From: Actinomycetota bacterium
Lineage (GTDB): Bacteria > Actinomycetota > Aquicultoria > UBA3085 > Oleimmundimicrobiaceae
Direction of reading: 5' to 3'
Length of the DNA: 64,000 nucleotides
Assembly (NCBI GenBank): GCA_011046085.1
Contig: DSBK01000103.1
Coordinates: forward strand, 6,084-70,083
Made by a program: the position numbers and the translations under genes. Under the pieces are notes generated by a model. It saw nothing but the letters and a program-made list of their open reading frames with translations, was not told where the DNA came from and ran no database searches. Below are positions 29,106 through 39,024 of the stretch, piece after piece; position 1 is the first letter of the stretch; each line of letters opens with the position of its first letter.

Positions 29106-30163
29106 TACTTCCTCAACATCTTTCCGACTTCCGCCGCCGCCGCTTTACCGTGAGCCATAGATTCTTCGATACTTTTCGGCCCTTGACACGCCCCAGCAAG
29201 AAAGATGCCAGGGTTGCTTGAACAATTTAAAAGTTCTCCTTTGGCCCTATAAAAACCGTGCCCATCTTGGTCAATCCCTAAAGTATCAGCCAAAAATTTT
29301 GCGTCGTTTTGAGGTGACAACCCAACGGATAAAACGATGAGATCGAACTCATCTAAAATAACCTCTCCCGTATCGGCATTTATACTCTTAACTTGCAAAA
29401 AATCGGAATTAACATAACCATAAACTTTCGACGGCAAATTCCTCACAAAACGTATCCCAAGCCCCTCACAACTCTTGCGAAGTTCATAAAAACCCTTGCC
29501 AGCGGGCTGAACATCCATGTAAAAAATAGTAATATCCGATTCGGGGGTCTCCGACTTAATAAGTTTTGAAAGCCGCAACGCGTACGGGCAACACACTTTT
29601 GAACAATAACCCTTGCCTATGCTCTCGTCTCTGCTTCCAACACACTGAAAGAAAGCAATTTTCTTTGGCGTTGAGCCATCCGTGGGTTTTGCAATTTTTC
29701 CAGTTAGACGCAGGGACCGTTCAAGGTCCAATGCCGTGATGACATTTTTGTACTTTTTGTATCCGTACTCTTTTTTTGCCTCCGCATCGAAAGGCATGAA
29801 GCCCGTTGCAACCACCATGGCTCCAACTTTCAACTCCACTTCTTCAAAGAGAGATTCCTCTTTTGCCGCTCGAGAAATTTGCAGCCTAAAATTATCGGGC
29901 TTGCCTGAAAAAGACATCACCTCAGAACCGGTTAAAATTCTTATCTCCGGATACTGAAAAACTTTTAAGATAAGTTCATCGGCAACGCATGCCGAGCACT
30001 TGTTGCACTTCTCCGTGGCCTTGCAAGCAAACCCAGCCGCATGCCCCCCGGTTTGAGTATCTCTTTCAATAATGTAAACCAGAGAACCCATATCAGCCAG
30101 GGCTATGGCCGCGCTTATGCCGGCTATACCGCCACCGATAACGGCAACGTTTCGTGAGCTCAT
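29105..30163 (-). CDS. HdrA core (thioredoxin-reductase-like FAD domain) paralog
   Basis: VAVIGGGIAGISAA, FQCVGSRD and CSKVCC are HdrA signature motifs. It is a separate gene, not a Sec split: the TAATG stop/start overlap with the downstream ORF was verified. Confidence 0.7.
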   Translation of the reverse strand: MSSRNVAVIGGGIAGISAAIALADMGSLVYIIERDTQTGGHAAGFACKATEKCNKCSACVADELILKVFQYPEIRILTGSEVMSFSGKPDNFRLQISRAAKEESLFEEVELKVGAMVVATGFMPFDAEAKKEYGYKKYKNVITALDLERSLRLTGKIAKPTDGSTPKKIAFFQCVGSRDESIGKGYCSKVCCPYALRLSKLIKSETPESDITIFYMDVQPAGKGFYELRKSCEGLGIRFVRNLPSKVYGYVNSDFLQVKSINADTGEVILDEFDLIVLSVGLSPQNDAKFLADTLGIDQDGHGFYRAKGELLNCSSNPGIFLAGACQGPKSIEESMAHGKAAAAEVGKMLRK

Positions 30164-30190
30164 ATCGCTCAGTCCTTTTAATTTATAGGA

Positions 30191-31534
30191 TTAATTGCTC
30201 CAATTTTTAAGATAGGATGGGATATCCCCAGCTTCTCTGGGTCCAACTTCAACTACCCAATCTGGAAGTTCATCTTCCAGCTCTCCACTGATTTGAGCCA
30301 CATATCCCGGTATAGATACCTTCCTATGGCTGACCTTGTCGGTAATTCCACAGCGCTTCATGAACGGCCCGATGTTTTCGGGAATAAACTTACCGGCAGC
30401 CCAAGCAGTTAAAACCGATAGCCCTTCCACATCCATTATGCAAATCCAGCAAGGAACTTTGCTCGCCTCCACCTCTCCAGAGACCGTAAAGTAAGTTAGA
30501 GAGAAGTTAGTTGTAAGCAATACCGGCGAGTTTTCATCCGGCTCACCAATGGGATAAATACCCTCGTCAATTTGCATGGGCTTCTGCGGATCGGTGTAGA
30601 TGTTTTGTCGCAAAACATAGAGTGGAAGCGCTCTCCAAGGTTCAAGATCTTTAACCACAATTACTCCCGCGTATTTCATTATGCTAACAGCAGCAGCAAC
30701 GGCTTCCATGTACGGATCATCATACGCTTCGCACGGAAAAGCAATGATGGGATAGCCAAGGGGCTTAAATTTTTTCTTCAAAGCCGCGCGTCTTATAAAG
30801 GTGGCGTCTTTCAAACTATCTTTTATACTTCTTGAGCCGGAATCTAAAACTAAATCCTTAACTCCTTGAGCGGTTATCTTTTCAACCAACTCTGAAAGAG
30901 CGTTTAAATCTTTGGCGGCAACTACCAGCGGGCAATTATTTTCTTTGGCAAGATTTGCCATCTGCTCAAAATTGTTCTCATTTGCCGCACACAAAAGCGG
31001 CTTGCTTTGAGCGCAAACCAAAAGGGCGGCCTTCATCACCTCAGAATTGTCTGTGATAAGCACCAGAGGAAATTCCGTTCCCATCGCTTTTTTAACTAAC
31101 TCGGTAAACCTGCCCGCATCGTTAGAAGATGATTTAACGGCCACCAAATCGGCCCGAAGCAGCTGACCCACTCTCTCAAATTGGGAATTTTTTATTTGGG
31201 CAAGTTTTCCGTCGATTTCTGCATCGCTCATCCCATCATCCACAAGAACGGCGAGACCAGGTTGATTATAAAAGGTCTTTTCGTGACGGAAAAGAACGGC
31301 CTCCTCCCCAATTTTTATAGCTTTGTCACCCGTTCCAATCGTTACAAGACGAATAGGAGGAGCTGAAGCTTCGGATAATTCAGTTTTAGTTTCTTCTGAA
31401 ACGTAAGGACACGCCTCCAGTTGCGCCTGCCCCGCGGCAAGTTTCATTGCAAAGGCAAGACAAGTAGGGATACCACATTCACCGCAATTCTTTTGAGGTA
31501 ATTTTTTGTAAATATCAAGTCCAGTTAACGCCAT
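30191..31534 (-). CDS. acsC: Corrinoid iron-sulfur protein large subunit (AcsC/CdhE)
   Basis: N-terminus MALTGLDIYKKLPQKNCGECGIPTCLAFAMKLAAGQAQLEACPY matches the Moorella AcsC [4Fe-4S] N-terminal domain; about 447 aa. Confidence 0.85.
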   Translation of the reverse strand: MALTGLDIYKKLPQKNCGECGIPTCLAFAMKLAAGQAQLEACPYVSEETKTELSEASAPPIRLVTIGTGDKAIKIGEEAVLFRHEKTFYNQPGLAVLVDDGMSDAEIDGKLAQIKNSQFERVGQLLRADLVAVKSSSNDAGRFTELVKKAMGTEFPLVLITDNSEVMKAALLVCAQSKPLLCAANENNFEQMANLAKENNCPLVVAAKDLNALSELVEKITAQGVKDLVLDSGSRSIKDSLKDATFIRRAALKKKFKPLGYPIIAFPCEAYDDPYMEAVAAAVSIMKYAGVIVVKDLEPWRALPLYVLRQNIYTDPQKPMQIDEGIYPIGEPDENSPVLLTTNFSLTYFTVSGEVEASKVPCWICIMDVEGLSVLTAWAAGKFIPENIGPFMKRCGITDKVSHRKVSIPGYVAQISGELEDELPDWVVEVGPREAGDIPSYLKNWSN

Positions 31535-31554
31535 ATATAAATCTCCTTTCAGTC

Positions 31555-31790
31555 GATTTTAGCTATCAGCCATTTGCTACCTGCTATCTACCATCAGCCA
31601 TTTAGTCGGTAGTCTCTTAGTCGGGAGTCGGGAGTTAACAATTATTAGTTTCTTAATTCTTTAATTCCTGTTACCCGTTCCCTATTACCCTTTGCTATTG
31701 TTGTTTTGCAGCCTACGGACTCTCTACCCTTTCCCCTTATTTTGCTATCAGCTATCTGCCATCTGCTATTTGCTATTTGCCAATTAGAAC
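31555..31790. repeat. Intergenic repeat element, copy 4 (full length)
   Basis: agctatcagccatttgctacctgctatctaccatcagccatttagtcggtagtctcttagtcgggagtcgggagttaac...ccctttccccttattttgctatcagctatctgccatctgctatttgctatttgccaattag. Confidence 0.7.
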
Positions 31791-33985
31791 ATCGGTGGCA
31801 TCTCTAAAGCAGGATGACCCACCTTCTGCATATGAGTCATAACCTCTTCTTCGGTGGTTGCCACCGTTTCATCGGCTATTTTATCAACAAAATCGGCGAT
31901 TCCTTCCTCTTCTCCACGCTTTTGTAGTTCCGTTCTAAGAGCATCCTTTAACTCCTTTGGCATCCAAACAAGTCTCTTTAAGCCACCATCAGCAGATATA
32001 AACTTTTTGCTGGTTATGTATTGGCGGCCAATCCCGATAAATCCTGGGAGCTGGACACCTCCTCCGACCGTGCCAGCCAGAGTAGAAAACTTCATTCCAC
32101 AGGGAGTCATACCGGGAAATTCTCTGTTAACTATCATTACACCATTTGCCATCGGAAGAACCGCGACCACACACTCAAAACAACCACATGAAGTCATCGG
32201 ATCTTCCATCATAGAATAGGCGTTAAACCGCTCGAGAGATTGATTTGATTTTACAAAAACAAACTCGTTGACGTTTTTCCACTGACCTTTAATCGCATTT
32301 ATCGTATCGCCCTTCTTAACGGGTTGGTTGGGACCAGTTGGATTAATTTCATAAGCCGCTTTGCCATCAAGCCAATTATAAGCGCCGCAAAGCCCCAACC
32401 TTTCAGGTGTAATCATACAGACATGGTTCGGAGCAAAGCTCTGGCACAAGGTGCAGGAGTAGAAGGTGTCCACATTCTCGTCGGTCATACCGCGAACCCT
32501 TTCATCCCTGTGATGATATGCCCTCCTGGCTTCCTCCAACATCTGGTCAACCTTTTCAAGATCGGTATAGACAGTAACCTGAACTTTATCTACTATCGCC
32601 GGATAATCCGCAGCAAGTTTCGCAATGAGTATCTTTCCAAAATGATGGAAATTGAAACCTGCGTTCTTTGCCTTCTTGCTAACTCTTACCCATATGATGT
32701 CGCGCTGGCCCATATGAAAAATGCCTTCGGCGCCGTTTATCATGTGGTGGACCTGTCTTTCCAAAACCGATTCGAAATCATCCTGCATCTTTCTGCCTGC
32801 AACATCTATAACCATAGCGAGAGGAAGTCGTTCGCCCTCTTTGATCTCACCTATATCTTTTCCAATGACTTCAACCTTACCGTTTTCTACCTCTTCCATT
32901 TCTTTCGTTCTTAAAAATTCAAAAGCGTGTGTCTTTTGCCCGCCAAATTCAACGTACGTATCTTCCCCTCTAATCCTTTCTCCTTCAAAGGCGGGGCCAA
33001 AAGCAACGGGGATATCAATCTTGGTAACCTGAATTTTAAGTCCTCTTACCTCAATCGCCTTTTCCACCATTGCGTCCGGGGAAATATTTGAAACCACGTG
33101 CTCATACGTACAAACTCCGGTTGGAAGAATTTGGGGTATATCTGTATCGGCAATGGTCGGAAAACCAAAATTTATGGCGCCTGCCGCCTGAGCGTATTTC
33201 TCATCATCGACCTCGCCCAGAGCCAAAACAAACGCAAAGATTCTGTTTTTGTTATAAAGCAGTATTCTTCTAAAATCGCCGGGCTTAACCCCGCCGAAGG
33301 AAAGCGCCGCACGGGTCGCAAAACCCAGAGGGAAAACCGTAGCTGTTATATCTTTTCCAAAAGGAACGAGTCTCGTCTCCCAACCCATCTGGACACCTTC
33401 CTCTTCAAGTTGCTCGGTCATACTCTTCCCATCGGTTGAAGCCGACATGAAGACGTAGATATTTTTTTCCTGAAGTTCCCGAGCTATCTTTACCGCCATT
33501 TCATTGGTGGGAGCCGCTCCCACGCATGCGGCAAATCCCGGAGCCGAGCCATCGACAAATTCGACGCCTCTTTCCCTCATTATGACGTCATCGGCTGCAC
33601 CCAACCAAAGGTTGTTATCCGCCGGCTCCAACGACATTGTGTAAGGAGGAGATCCCACATATTTAATTGCCTCAATGATTTCATCTGCAAAAAGCGTTGC
33701 CATTCCGGCATCCAAGGCGGGGCCCAGATACGGCAACCAAACCTTCTCCGATGGCACAGGAGGGAGTATGCTTTTGGTGTATGCCAGAACTTTCTCCATA
33801 TCCCCAAGCGTGGAAACAGCCATCCCCGTAATTCCGTAAATTACGGGCAGATAATAACCTGTGTTTGGAAATTCCACCTTTTTGTCTGGCCCATATTTTC
33901 CCAAGGCTTCTTTGAGATCTTCTTCCGCTCTCTTAGTTATCTTATGGGCGCCCCTTATGGCAGCCGAAGCGATGATCTTAGACAA
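31784..33985 (-). CDS. acsB: Acetyl-CoA synthase (CODH/ACS beta subunit, A-cluster)
   Basis: Long collinear identity blocks with Moorella AcsB, for example TDE.VDTFYSC.LCQSFAPNHVC..TPER.GLCGA, PMTSCGCFE and FSTLAG..GGG.Q.PGF.GIGR.YI.SKKFI.ADGG; 733 aa. Confidence 0.95.
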   Translation of the reverse strand: MSKIIASAAIRGAHKITKRAEEDLKEALGKYGPDKKVEFPNTGYYLPVIYGITGMAVSTLGDMEKVLAYTKSILPPVPSEKVWLPYLGPALDAGMATLFADEIIEAIKYVGSPPYTMSLEPADNNLWLGAADDVIMRERGVEFVDGSAPGFAACVGAAPTNEMAVKIARELQEKNIYVFMSASTDGKSMTEQLEEEGVQMGWETRLVPFGKDITATVFPLGFATRAALSFGGVKPGDFRRILLYNKNRIFAFVLALGEVDDEKYAQAAGAINFGFPTIADTDIPQILPTGVCTYEHVVSNISPDAMVEKAIEVRGLKIQVTKIDIPVAFGPAFEGERIRGEDTYVEFGGQKTHAFEFLRTKEMEEVENGKVEVIGKDIGEIKEGERLPLAMVIDVAGRKMQDDFESVLERQVHHMINGAEGIFHMGQRDIIWVRVSKKAKNAGFNFHHFGKILIAKLAADYPAIVDKVQVTVYTDLEKVDQMLEEARRAYHHRDERVRGMTDENVDTFYSCTLCQSFAPNHVCMITPERLGLCGAYNWLDGKAAYEINPTGPNQPVKKGDTINAIKGQWKNVNEFVFVKSNQSLERFNAYSMMEDPMTSCGCFECVVAVLPMANGVMIVNREFPGMTPCGMKFSTLAGTVGGGVQLPGFIGIGRQYITSKKFISADGGLKRLVWMPKELKDALRTELQKRGEEEGIADFVDKIADETVATTEEEVMTHMQKVGHPALEMPPMF

Positions 33986-35939
33986 TTTCCAGCTCCCTCC
34001 TCATTTCCATATCGTAAAGCACTCTCTCTTTTTCGCGGTCTATTCCCAGGGCCTTTCTTCTCTTATCTATATTCTCAATCAGAATCTTAGCCATCTTAAC
34101 AGGATCGGGCTCGTAAAACCACTTTCCGCCCGTCGTCTCCTCAATTTCTTTAAAGAGATAATCGGATATTATCTCGCTGTTAGCTGTCGGGAAGGAGACA
34201 CCGAAACCAACCACGGCTCCGCTTGAGACAAAGTACTGACCTATGGCTACAGCTTTTTCGCTCATCCATTCCGGAGCGCAGCCAGCAGCCGGTATCTCGC
34301 TTATATCTTCACCGAGACCGCCTTCTTTAACTATCTCCGAGACAGCGACGAGAATTCGGCTGTTATCAACACACGAGCCGCAATGAAGCACGGGGGGGAT
34401 ACCCACCGCCTCGCAAACCTCGCGCAAACCAGCGCCCGCCAACTCGGCGGCTTCGGGGATAAGCAACCCTTCCTTTGCGCAACTTATCGCTGCGCAACCC
34501 GTAACCAAAACAAGTATGTTGTTTGCGATAAGCTCCTTAACCAATGTGGTGTGGACATAATCGTGTTTTACGCGCGGGTTGTTGCACCCCACAACGCCCA
34601 CAACGCCCTTTATCCTGCCATTGATTATGTTGTCGTTTAATGGTCTGTAAGAAGCGCGGAACCTTCCGCCTAGCATGTAGTTTATGGTTTCGTGAGAAAA
34701 GCCCGCCACAAGTTCAATTTCTTCTTTGGGAATATCGACCTTTCTCCTTTTGGGATAATTTTTAATGGCCCTTTTGACGATATTTTTTGCCGTTTCAATG
34801 GCATTATGATGATCGAATTCCATATGCGTGGCGCCCAAAATTTTACCCTTAGAAGAGGTAGTGATTATCTCTGTATGATAGCATTGAGCTACCGTCGGCA
34901 AAGACTGCATGATACATTGCACATCCACCACCATTGCATCGACAGCGCCCGTACAGATGGCCAACTCCTGCTGTAAGAAGTTGCCAGCCACGGGAATACC
35001 TTTGCGCATCAAAATTTCATTTGCCGTGCAACATATGCCAGCGAGGTTTATGCCTTTAGCGCCCGCCTCCTTGGCCTGTTCAACTAACTCAGGATCCCTT
35101 GTCGCGGCAACTATCATCTCGGAAAGCAAGGGCTCGTGACCGTGAACGATTATGTTAACTTCATCTTCTTTAAGGACACCTAAATTCACCTTTGCCCTGA
35201 TTGGAATGGGGGTCCCAAACATTATGTCTTGAAGCTCAGTGGCAAGCATCGAACCACCCCAGCCATCAGCTAAAGATGCCCTGCAACCATGAAGCAGGAT
35301 ATTTTTATAATCCTGATCGACGCCCATGTGGGTCCTGTGCATGGTTTCAACTATCTCGCGGTCAACCCCGCGAGGCGATATTCCTTCTTCTCTCCAGCGT
35401 TCTTGTCTCTTTTTCGGAGCTTGTTTTACAAGAGTTATTTCACCTTGCTGTTTGCTCATCTCAGCGAGAGCTCTCTCGCCCAACTCCAAAGCTATCTGGT
35501 TTTTGTCTTTGCCTTCTACATTGATATCAAAAGTTTTGGCCAAGGCATGCAATTTCGTGTCATCTTTTATCTCATAGCCGGGCACTTCGCCTTTTGCTGC
35601 AGCAATAAAGGTAAATATAACTTCCCTTGCGTGATCCGAGTGCGCGGCCGCCCCAGCAGCAATCATTCGAACAAAGTTTCTAGCCGCAACCGTGGAAGTG
35701 GTAGCGCCACAAACCCCGGTTCTTGTCTCGGTTACCCTGCAAGGACCCATTGAACATATTCTGCAACACGTTCCGCCCGAACCAAACGAACATGACTTAA
35801 GGGAAGCGACCCTATCAAAAGCGGTCTCTGCCCCGTCTTTTTTAGCCTTATTTATCATTTTTGCGCTTGCGGTGCAGCTGGTCTGCTCGCTAGCAGCAGG
35901 GTAAAATTTGTTTTCTCCGTTTTCGTTTTGTTTTTTCAT
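33978..35939 (-). CDS. acsA: Anaerobic Ni-Fe-S carbon monoxide dehydrogenase catalytic subunit (CooS/AcsA)
   Basis: N-terminal CCRICSMGPCR and downstream Cys/His C-cluster motifs; about 650 aa; immediately upstream of acsB with 8 nt overlap. Confidence 0.9.
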   Translation of the reverse strand: MKKQNENGENKFYPAASEQTSCTASAKMINKAKKDGAETAFDRVASLKSCSFGSGGTCCRICSMGPCRVTETRTGVCGATTSTVAARNFVRMIAAGAAAHSDHAREVIFTFIAAAKGEVPGYEIKDDTKLHALAKTFDINVEGKDKNQIALELGERALAEMSKQQGEITLVKQAPKKRQERWREEGISPRGVDREIVETMHRTHMGVDQDYKNILLHGCRASLADGWGGSMLATELQDIMFGTPIPIRAKVNLGVLKEDEVNIIVHGHEPLLSEMIVAATRDPELVEQAKEAGAKGINLAGICCTANEILMRKGIPVAGNFLQQELAICTGAVDAMVVDVQCIMQSLPTVAQCYHTEIITTSSKGKILGATHMEFDHHNAIETAKNIVKRAIKNYPKRRKVDIPKEEIELVAGFSHETINYMLGGRFRASYRPLNDNIINGRIKGVVGVVGCNNPRVKHDYVHTTLVKELIANNILVLVTGCAAISCAKEGLLIPEAAELAGAGLREVCEAVGIPPVLHCGSCVDNSRILVAVSEIVKEGGLGEDISEIPAAGCAPEWMSEKAVAIGQYFVSSGAVVGFGVSFPTANSEIISDYLFKEIEETTGGKWFYEPDPVKMAKILIENIDKRRKALGIDREKERVLYDMEMRRELEIV

Positions 35940-38485
35940 TTACTGGCTCCTCCTTTTGAAACACTTACAGCAATGAGCCGATGCTGTGGACTCTTTAACT
36001 TTGAATCCACGTTATCGCTTGCCAAAACGCCTCTTTCTTCATGACAACTTGGCATAAACAGCAACCCTTTGGGCAAAGAGCCGAGCATCTTCACCGATGT
36101 TGTTATCTTGCCTCGCCTAGAGGAAATTAAAACCGCGTCTCCTTCTTTTAAACTCAAAGACTCAGCATCCTCGGGGTTAAAGCCAGCGTAATTTCCCTTG
36201 TTTAATTCAAGAATAGACAGTTTCGAATTTCTTGTTCTTTGCCCATCGTAAAATCCAAATGATGTCTCGCCAACAATAAGCGCGTAAGGATACTTGCCAT
36301 CGGGTTCTTCACCAGACTTTTTTGGTTTTACAACGATAAAATCGTATGTATTCTTTTCGATCTTCTTGGGAATGGGAACCAGGGACTTTATCTCCTTGGC
36401 AATCTCTTTCTCAGAAGAGTATTCCATAGTATAGTCCATTCTTTCAGACAAATCAGCTATTGTCTCCCAGTCGGGTTTAGCCAAGGGTTCGAGAGCCGCC
36501 TTCACCTCTTTTGTCTGATACTCCAAGTTAACAACGGTGCCATTACTCTCGGCTAAAGTCGCGCCGGGCAACACAACATCTGCCATTTTCGCGGTTTCCG
36601 TCAAAAACACATCTTGAACCACCAAAAAATCTAAAGATGAAAACGCCTTCGCCACCTTTGATGAATTAGGAAACTGCGCAACCGGGTCCGCGCCGACAAT
36701 ATACATTCCTAAAACGGACGAGCCCATGTTTTCAACCATTTCCATGGCCGACAATCCCATTTCGTCGGGAAGATCGCGTTCCCATATTTTCTTGAAATCG
36801 TTCCCGATTTCATTCGCTCTCCTTGCGCCCGGATAAAACCCAGCCAAAGCCCCCATGTAGATCGTACCTCGCAAGTTGGAAGACAAAAGACATGGTAGCA
36901 CGCTTGCTTTGGTTCTTCCGGTTAGAAGCGCGATATCGGCAATTAATCCCATGCTTTGAGAGCTCACGGTTTCCGCTCCAAAGAGAATGATTGTCTTTTT
37001 GCCTTCTCCGTAAAGCTTTGCGGCTTCCTTTAAAAAGTCCTTGGATGTTTTTGTTTCCTTTTCTATGGTTTCTACTTTTAATCCGTCGAGAGACTTCTTA
37101 AATTCATCAAAATTCTTACACTTTTTAGTAAATTTTTCGTCATGCAGGTTTTCTTCCAGCAATTCCTTTAAAATCCCGCTTAAGACAAACTCTTCGGAGT
37201 CAACCTGTGGTTCTATATGAAGATCAGCAAGTTCAGAAATCTCCGTCTTTTTAGAATCAATGACAACGACTTTTGCTCCATTTAAAATTGCTTTTTTGAC
37301 ACTGGCGCCAACGCGAGGGTAAGACGCCGTAAGATCCGCGTTCACGAGCAAGAGAACGTCTGCCTCCTCAACATCCTTCATTGAAACAACAGCCCCATCC
37401 CTAAGCGCTTCATACAAATCAATTAAAGCGGGGAAACCTAAGAACCTGGCGGAACTATCGATATTGTTCGTCCCAATGCCAGCCCGCAAAAACTTCTGGA
37501 ATAAGTAAGCAACCTCATTTGTGTTTCCCGCTCCCATGAAACCACCGATGCTGTTTGCTCCATGTTTTTTCTTTATATCAATAAGACGCTCCGCCACAAC
37601 CTTAATAGCCTCTTCATAAGTACTCTCGGTTAAAACTCCATCCTTTTTAATTAAGGGCTTCGTAATTCGCTCAGAGCTTTCCACAAAATCCCATCCAAAC
37701 CTACCCTTTGAGCAAATATAATCACACGAGACCTCCCCGGTTGCCCTCATAATCTGTCCGTCCACGGTGCTAAACACAAGCTCACAACCGCAGCCACAGT
37801 AAGAACAGACCGTTTTTGTTTCTTTCATCTCCCATTCTCGACCACAAAAACGTCTATCAACCTCAACCAAAGCGCCAACGGGACAAACCGCGAGACAACT
37901 TCCGCAGAAATCACAACCCGACTCCTGTAATGGCCTATCCATTGGCGTAGCCACCTTGGTAACCATGCCCCTTTTGACAAAGTCAATAATATCCGCCCCC
38001 TGTTGTTTGCAGATTCTCACACACCTTCCGCAAAGAATACAGAGATTGTAATTTCTCTCTATGAAGGGATTGCTTCTGTCAACATCGTAACCTGGATCTT
38101 TCATTGAGAAACTGGTTTTCTCGATGCCAAGCTCGTAAGCATACTTTTGGAGATCGCAAGCGCCATTTTTATCGCAACTCATACAATCTCCGGGATGATT
38201 TGAAAGTATCAACTCCAGAACAAAACGCCTGGCCTCTCGAACTTTCTCCGTGTCGGTATCAACTACCATCCCATTCTTAACTTTTTGGGCACACGAAGCC
38301 ACAAGCCCTTTGCCTCCCTCAACTTCAACCAAACAAACCCTACACGAACCCGTGCTGGGAAGACATTCGCAGTAACAAAGATGAGGGATATCAATCCCCG
38401 CCATCTTGGCCGCCTGAATGATGAGAGTCCCTTCGGGAACTTTTATTTCTTTTCCGTTTATCGTTACGGTGACTTGATCACTCAA
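35936..38485 (-). CDS. FdhA/NuoG-like large Fe-S subunit lacking the Sec/Cys Mo ligand (non-catalytic electron-transfer paralog)
   Basis: Same N-terminal 2Fe-2S plus 4Fe-4S architecture and NNID motif as fdhA, but ...NNIDSSARFLGFP... replaces ...NNIDHCARLUHAP...; the C-terminal molybdopterin-binding-like domain is retained. Confidence 0.75.
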   Translation of the reverse strand: MSDQVTVTINGKEIKVPEGTLIIQAAKMAGIDIPHLCYCECLPSTGSCRVCLVEVEGGKGLVASCAQKVKNGMVVDTDTEKVREARRFVLELILSNHPGDCMSCDKNGACDLQKYAYELGIEKTSFSMKDPGYDVDRSNPFIERNYNLCILCGRCVRICKQQGADIIDFVKRGMVTKVATPMDRPLQESGCDFCGSCLAVCPVGALVEVDRRFCGREWEMKETKTVCSYCGCGCELVFSTVDGQIMRATGEVSCDYICSKGRFGWDFVESSERITKPLIKKDGVLTESTYEEAIKVVAERLIDIKKKHGANSIGGFMGAGNTNEVAYLFQKFLRAGIGTNNIDSSARFLGFPALIDLYEALRDGAVVSMKDVEEADVLLLVNADLTASYPRVGASVKKAILNGAKVVVIDSKKTEISELADLHIEPQVDSEEFVLSGILKELLEENLHDEKFTKKCKNFDEFKKSLDGLKVETIEKETKTSKDFLKEAAKLYGEGKKTIILFGAETVSSQSMGLIADIALLTGRTKASVLPCLLSSNLRGTIYMGALAGFYPGARRANEIGNDFKKIWERDLPDEMGLSAMEMVENMGSSVLGMYIVGADPVAQFPNSSKVAKAFSSLDFLVVQDVFLTETAKMADVVLPGATLAESNGTVVNLEYQTKEVKAALEPLAKPDWETIADLSERMDYTMEYSSEKEIAKEIKSLVPIPKKIEKNTYDFIVVKPKKSGEEPDGKYPYALIVGETSFGFYDGQRTRNSKLSILELNKGNYAGFNPEDAESLSLKEGDAVLISSRRGKITTSVKMLGSLPKGLLFMPSCHEERGVLASDNVDSKLKSPQHRLIAVSVSKGGASK

Positions 38486-38502
38486 TTTCTTTCCTCCTTT
38501 AA

Positions 38503-39024
38503 TTAAACAATTTCTATGGCATCAACTTCACATACGGCCAGACATTTGCCGCAGTTAGTGCATTTTTTACTCTTAATATAATAGGGCTTATTATCCGAAA
38601 GATATGGAATCATTTTGTCTCCAACAATTGCATCCTCGGAACAAACCACTTTACAAGCTCCGCAAGACGTACATTTTTCTGGATTTATCCAATAATTTAA
38701 TATATCTTCACAGGACTTTTGGGCACAATGTTTCTCTTTTATATGTTCCTCATACTCGCCCTTATATGAGGACAAGGAGTCCTTTATAAAAACAGCGGCA
38801 TCTTTGCCCAACTTGCATCGGGCGGTGTCAATAATATGAGAAGATATCTCCTCGAGCAAAACCACGTCTTCCTCTTCTCCCTCTCCTTTTGTAATTCTTT
38901 CAAGAACATCGACCATTCGTTCCGTTCCAAGCATGCAGGGCAGACACTTACCGCACATCTTATCTTTAGTAAACCCCTTTAAGAATTCTAGCGTTATCAT
39001 AACGGAACAACCGTTGGCGCTCAC
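38503..39024 (-). CDS. Stand-alone NuoF C-terminal module homologue (N3-type cluster plus 2x[4Fe-4S])
   Basis: MCGKCLPCMLGTER... parallels ESCGKCPPCRIGTYE of the adjacent NuoF-like gene, followed by CTSCGACKVVC and CTNCGKCLAVC ferredoxin motifs. Confidence 0.6.
   Translation of the reverse strand: MSANGCSVMITLEFLKGFTKDKMCGKCLPCMLGTERMVDVLERITKGEGEEEDVVLLEEISSHIIDTARCKLGKDAAVFIKDSLSSYKGEYEEHIKEKHCAQKSCEDILNYWINPEKCTSCGACKVVCSEDAIVGDKMIPYLSDNKPYYIKSKKCTNCGKCLAVCEVDAIEIV

Noticed and set aside
29101-29110. Possible second selenocysteine split between the two HdrA-like ORFs
   Set aside because: The junction is a TAATG stop/start overlap (TAA stop, ATG start); the downstream protein begins with its own Met and its own domain set, so these are two genes.
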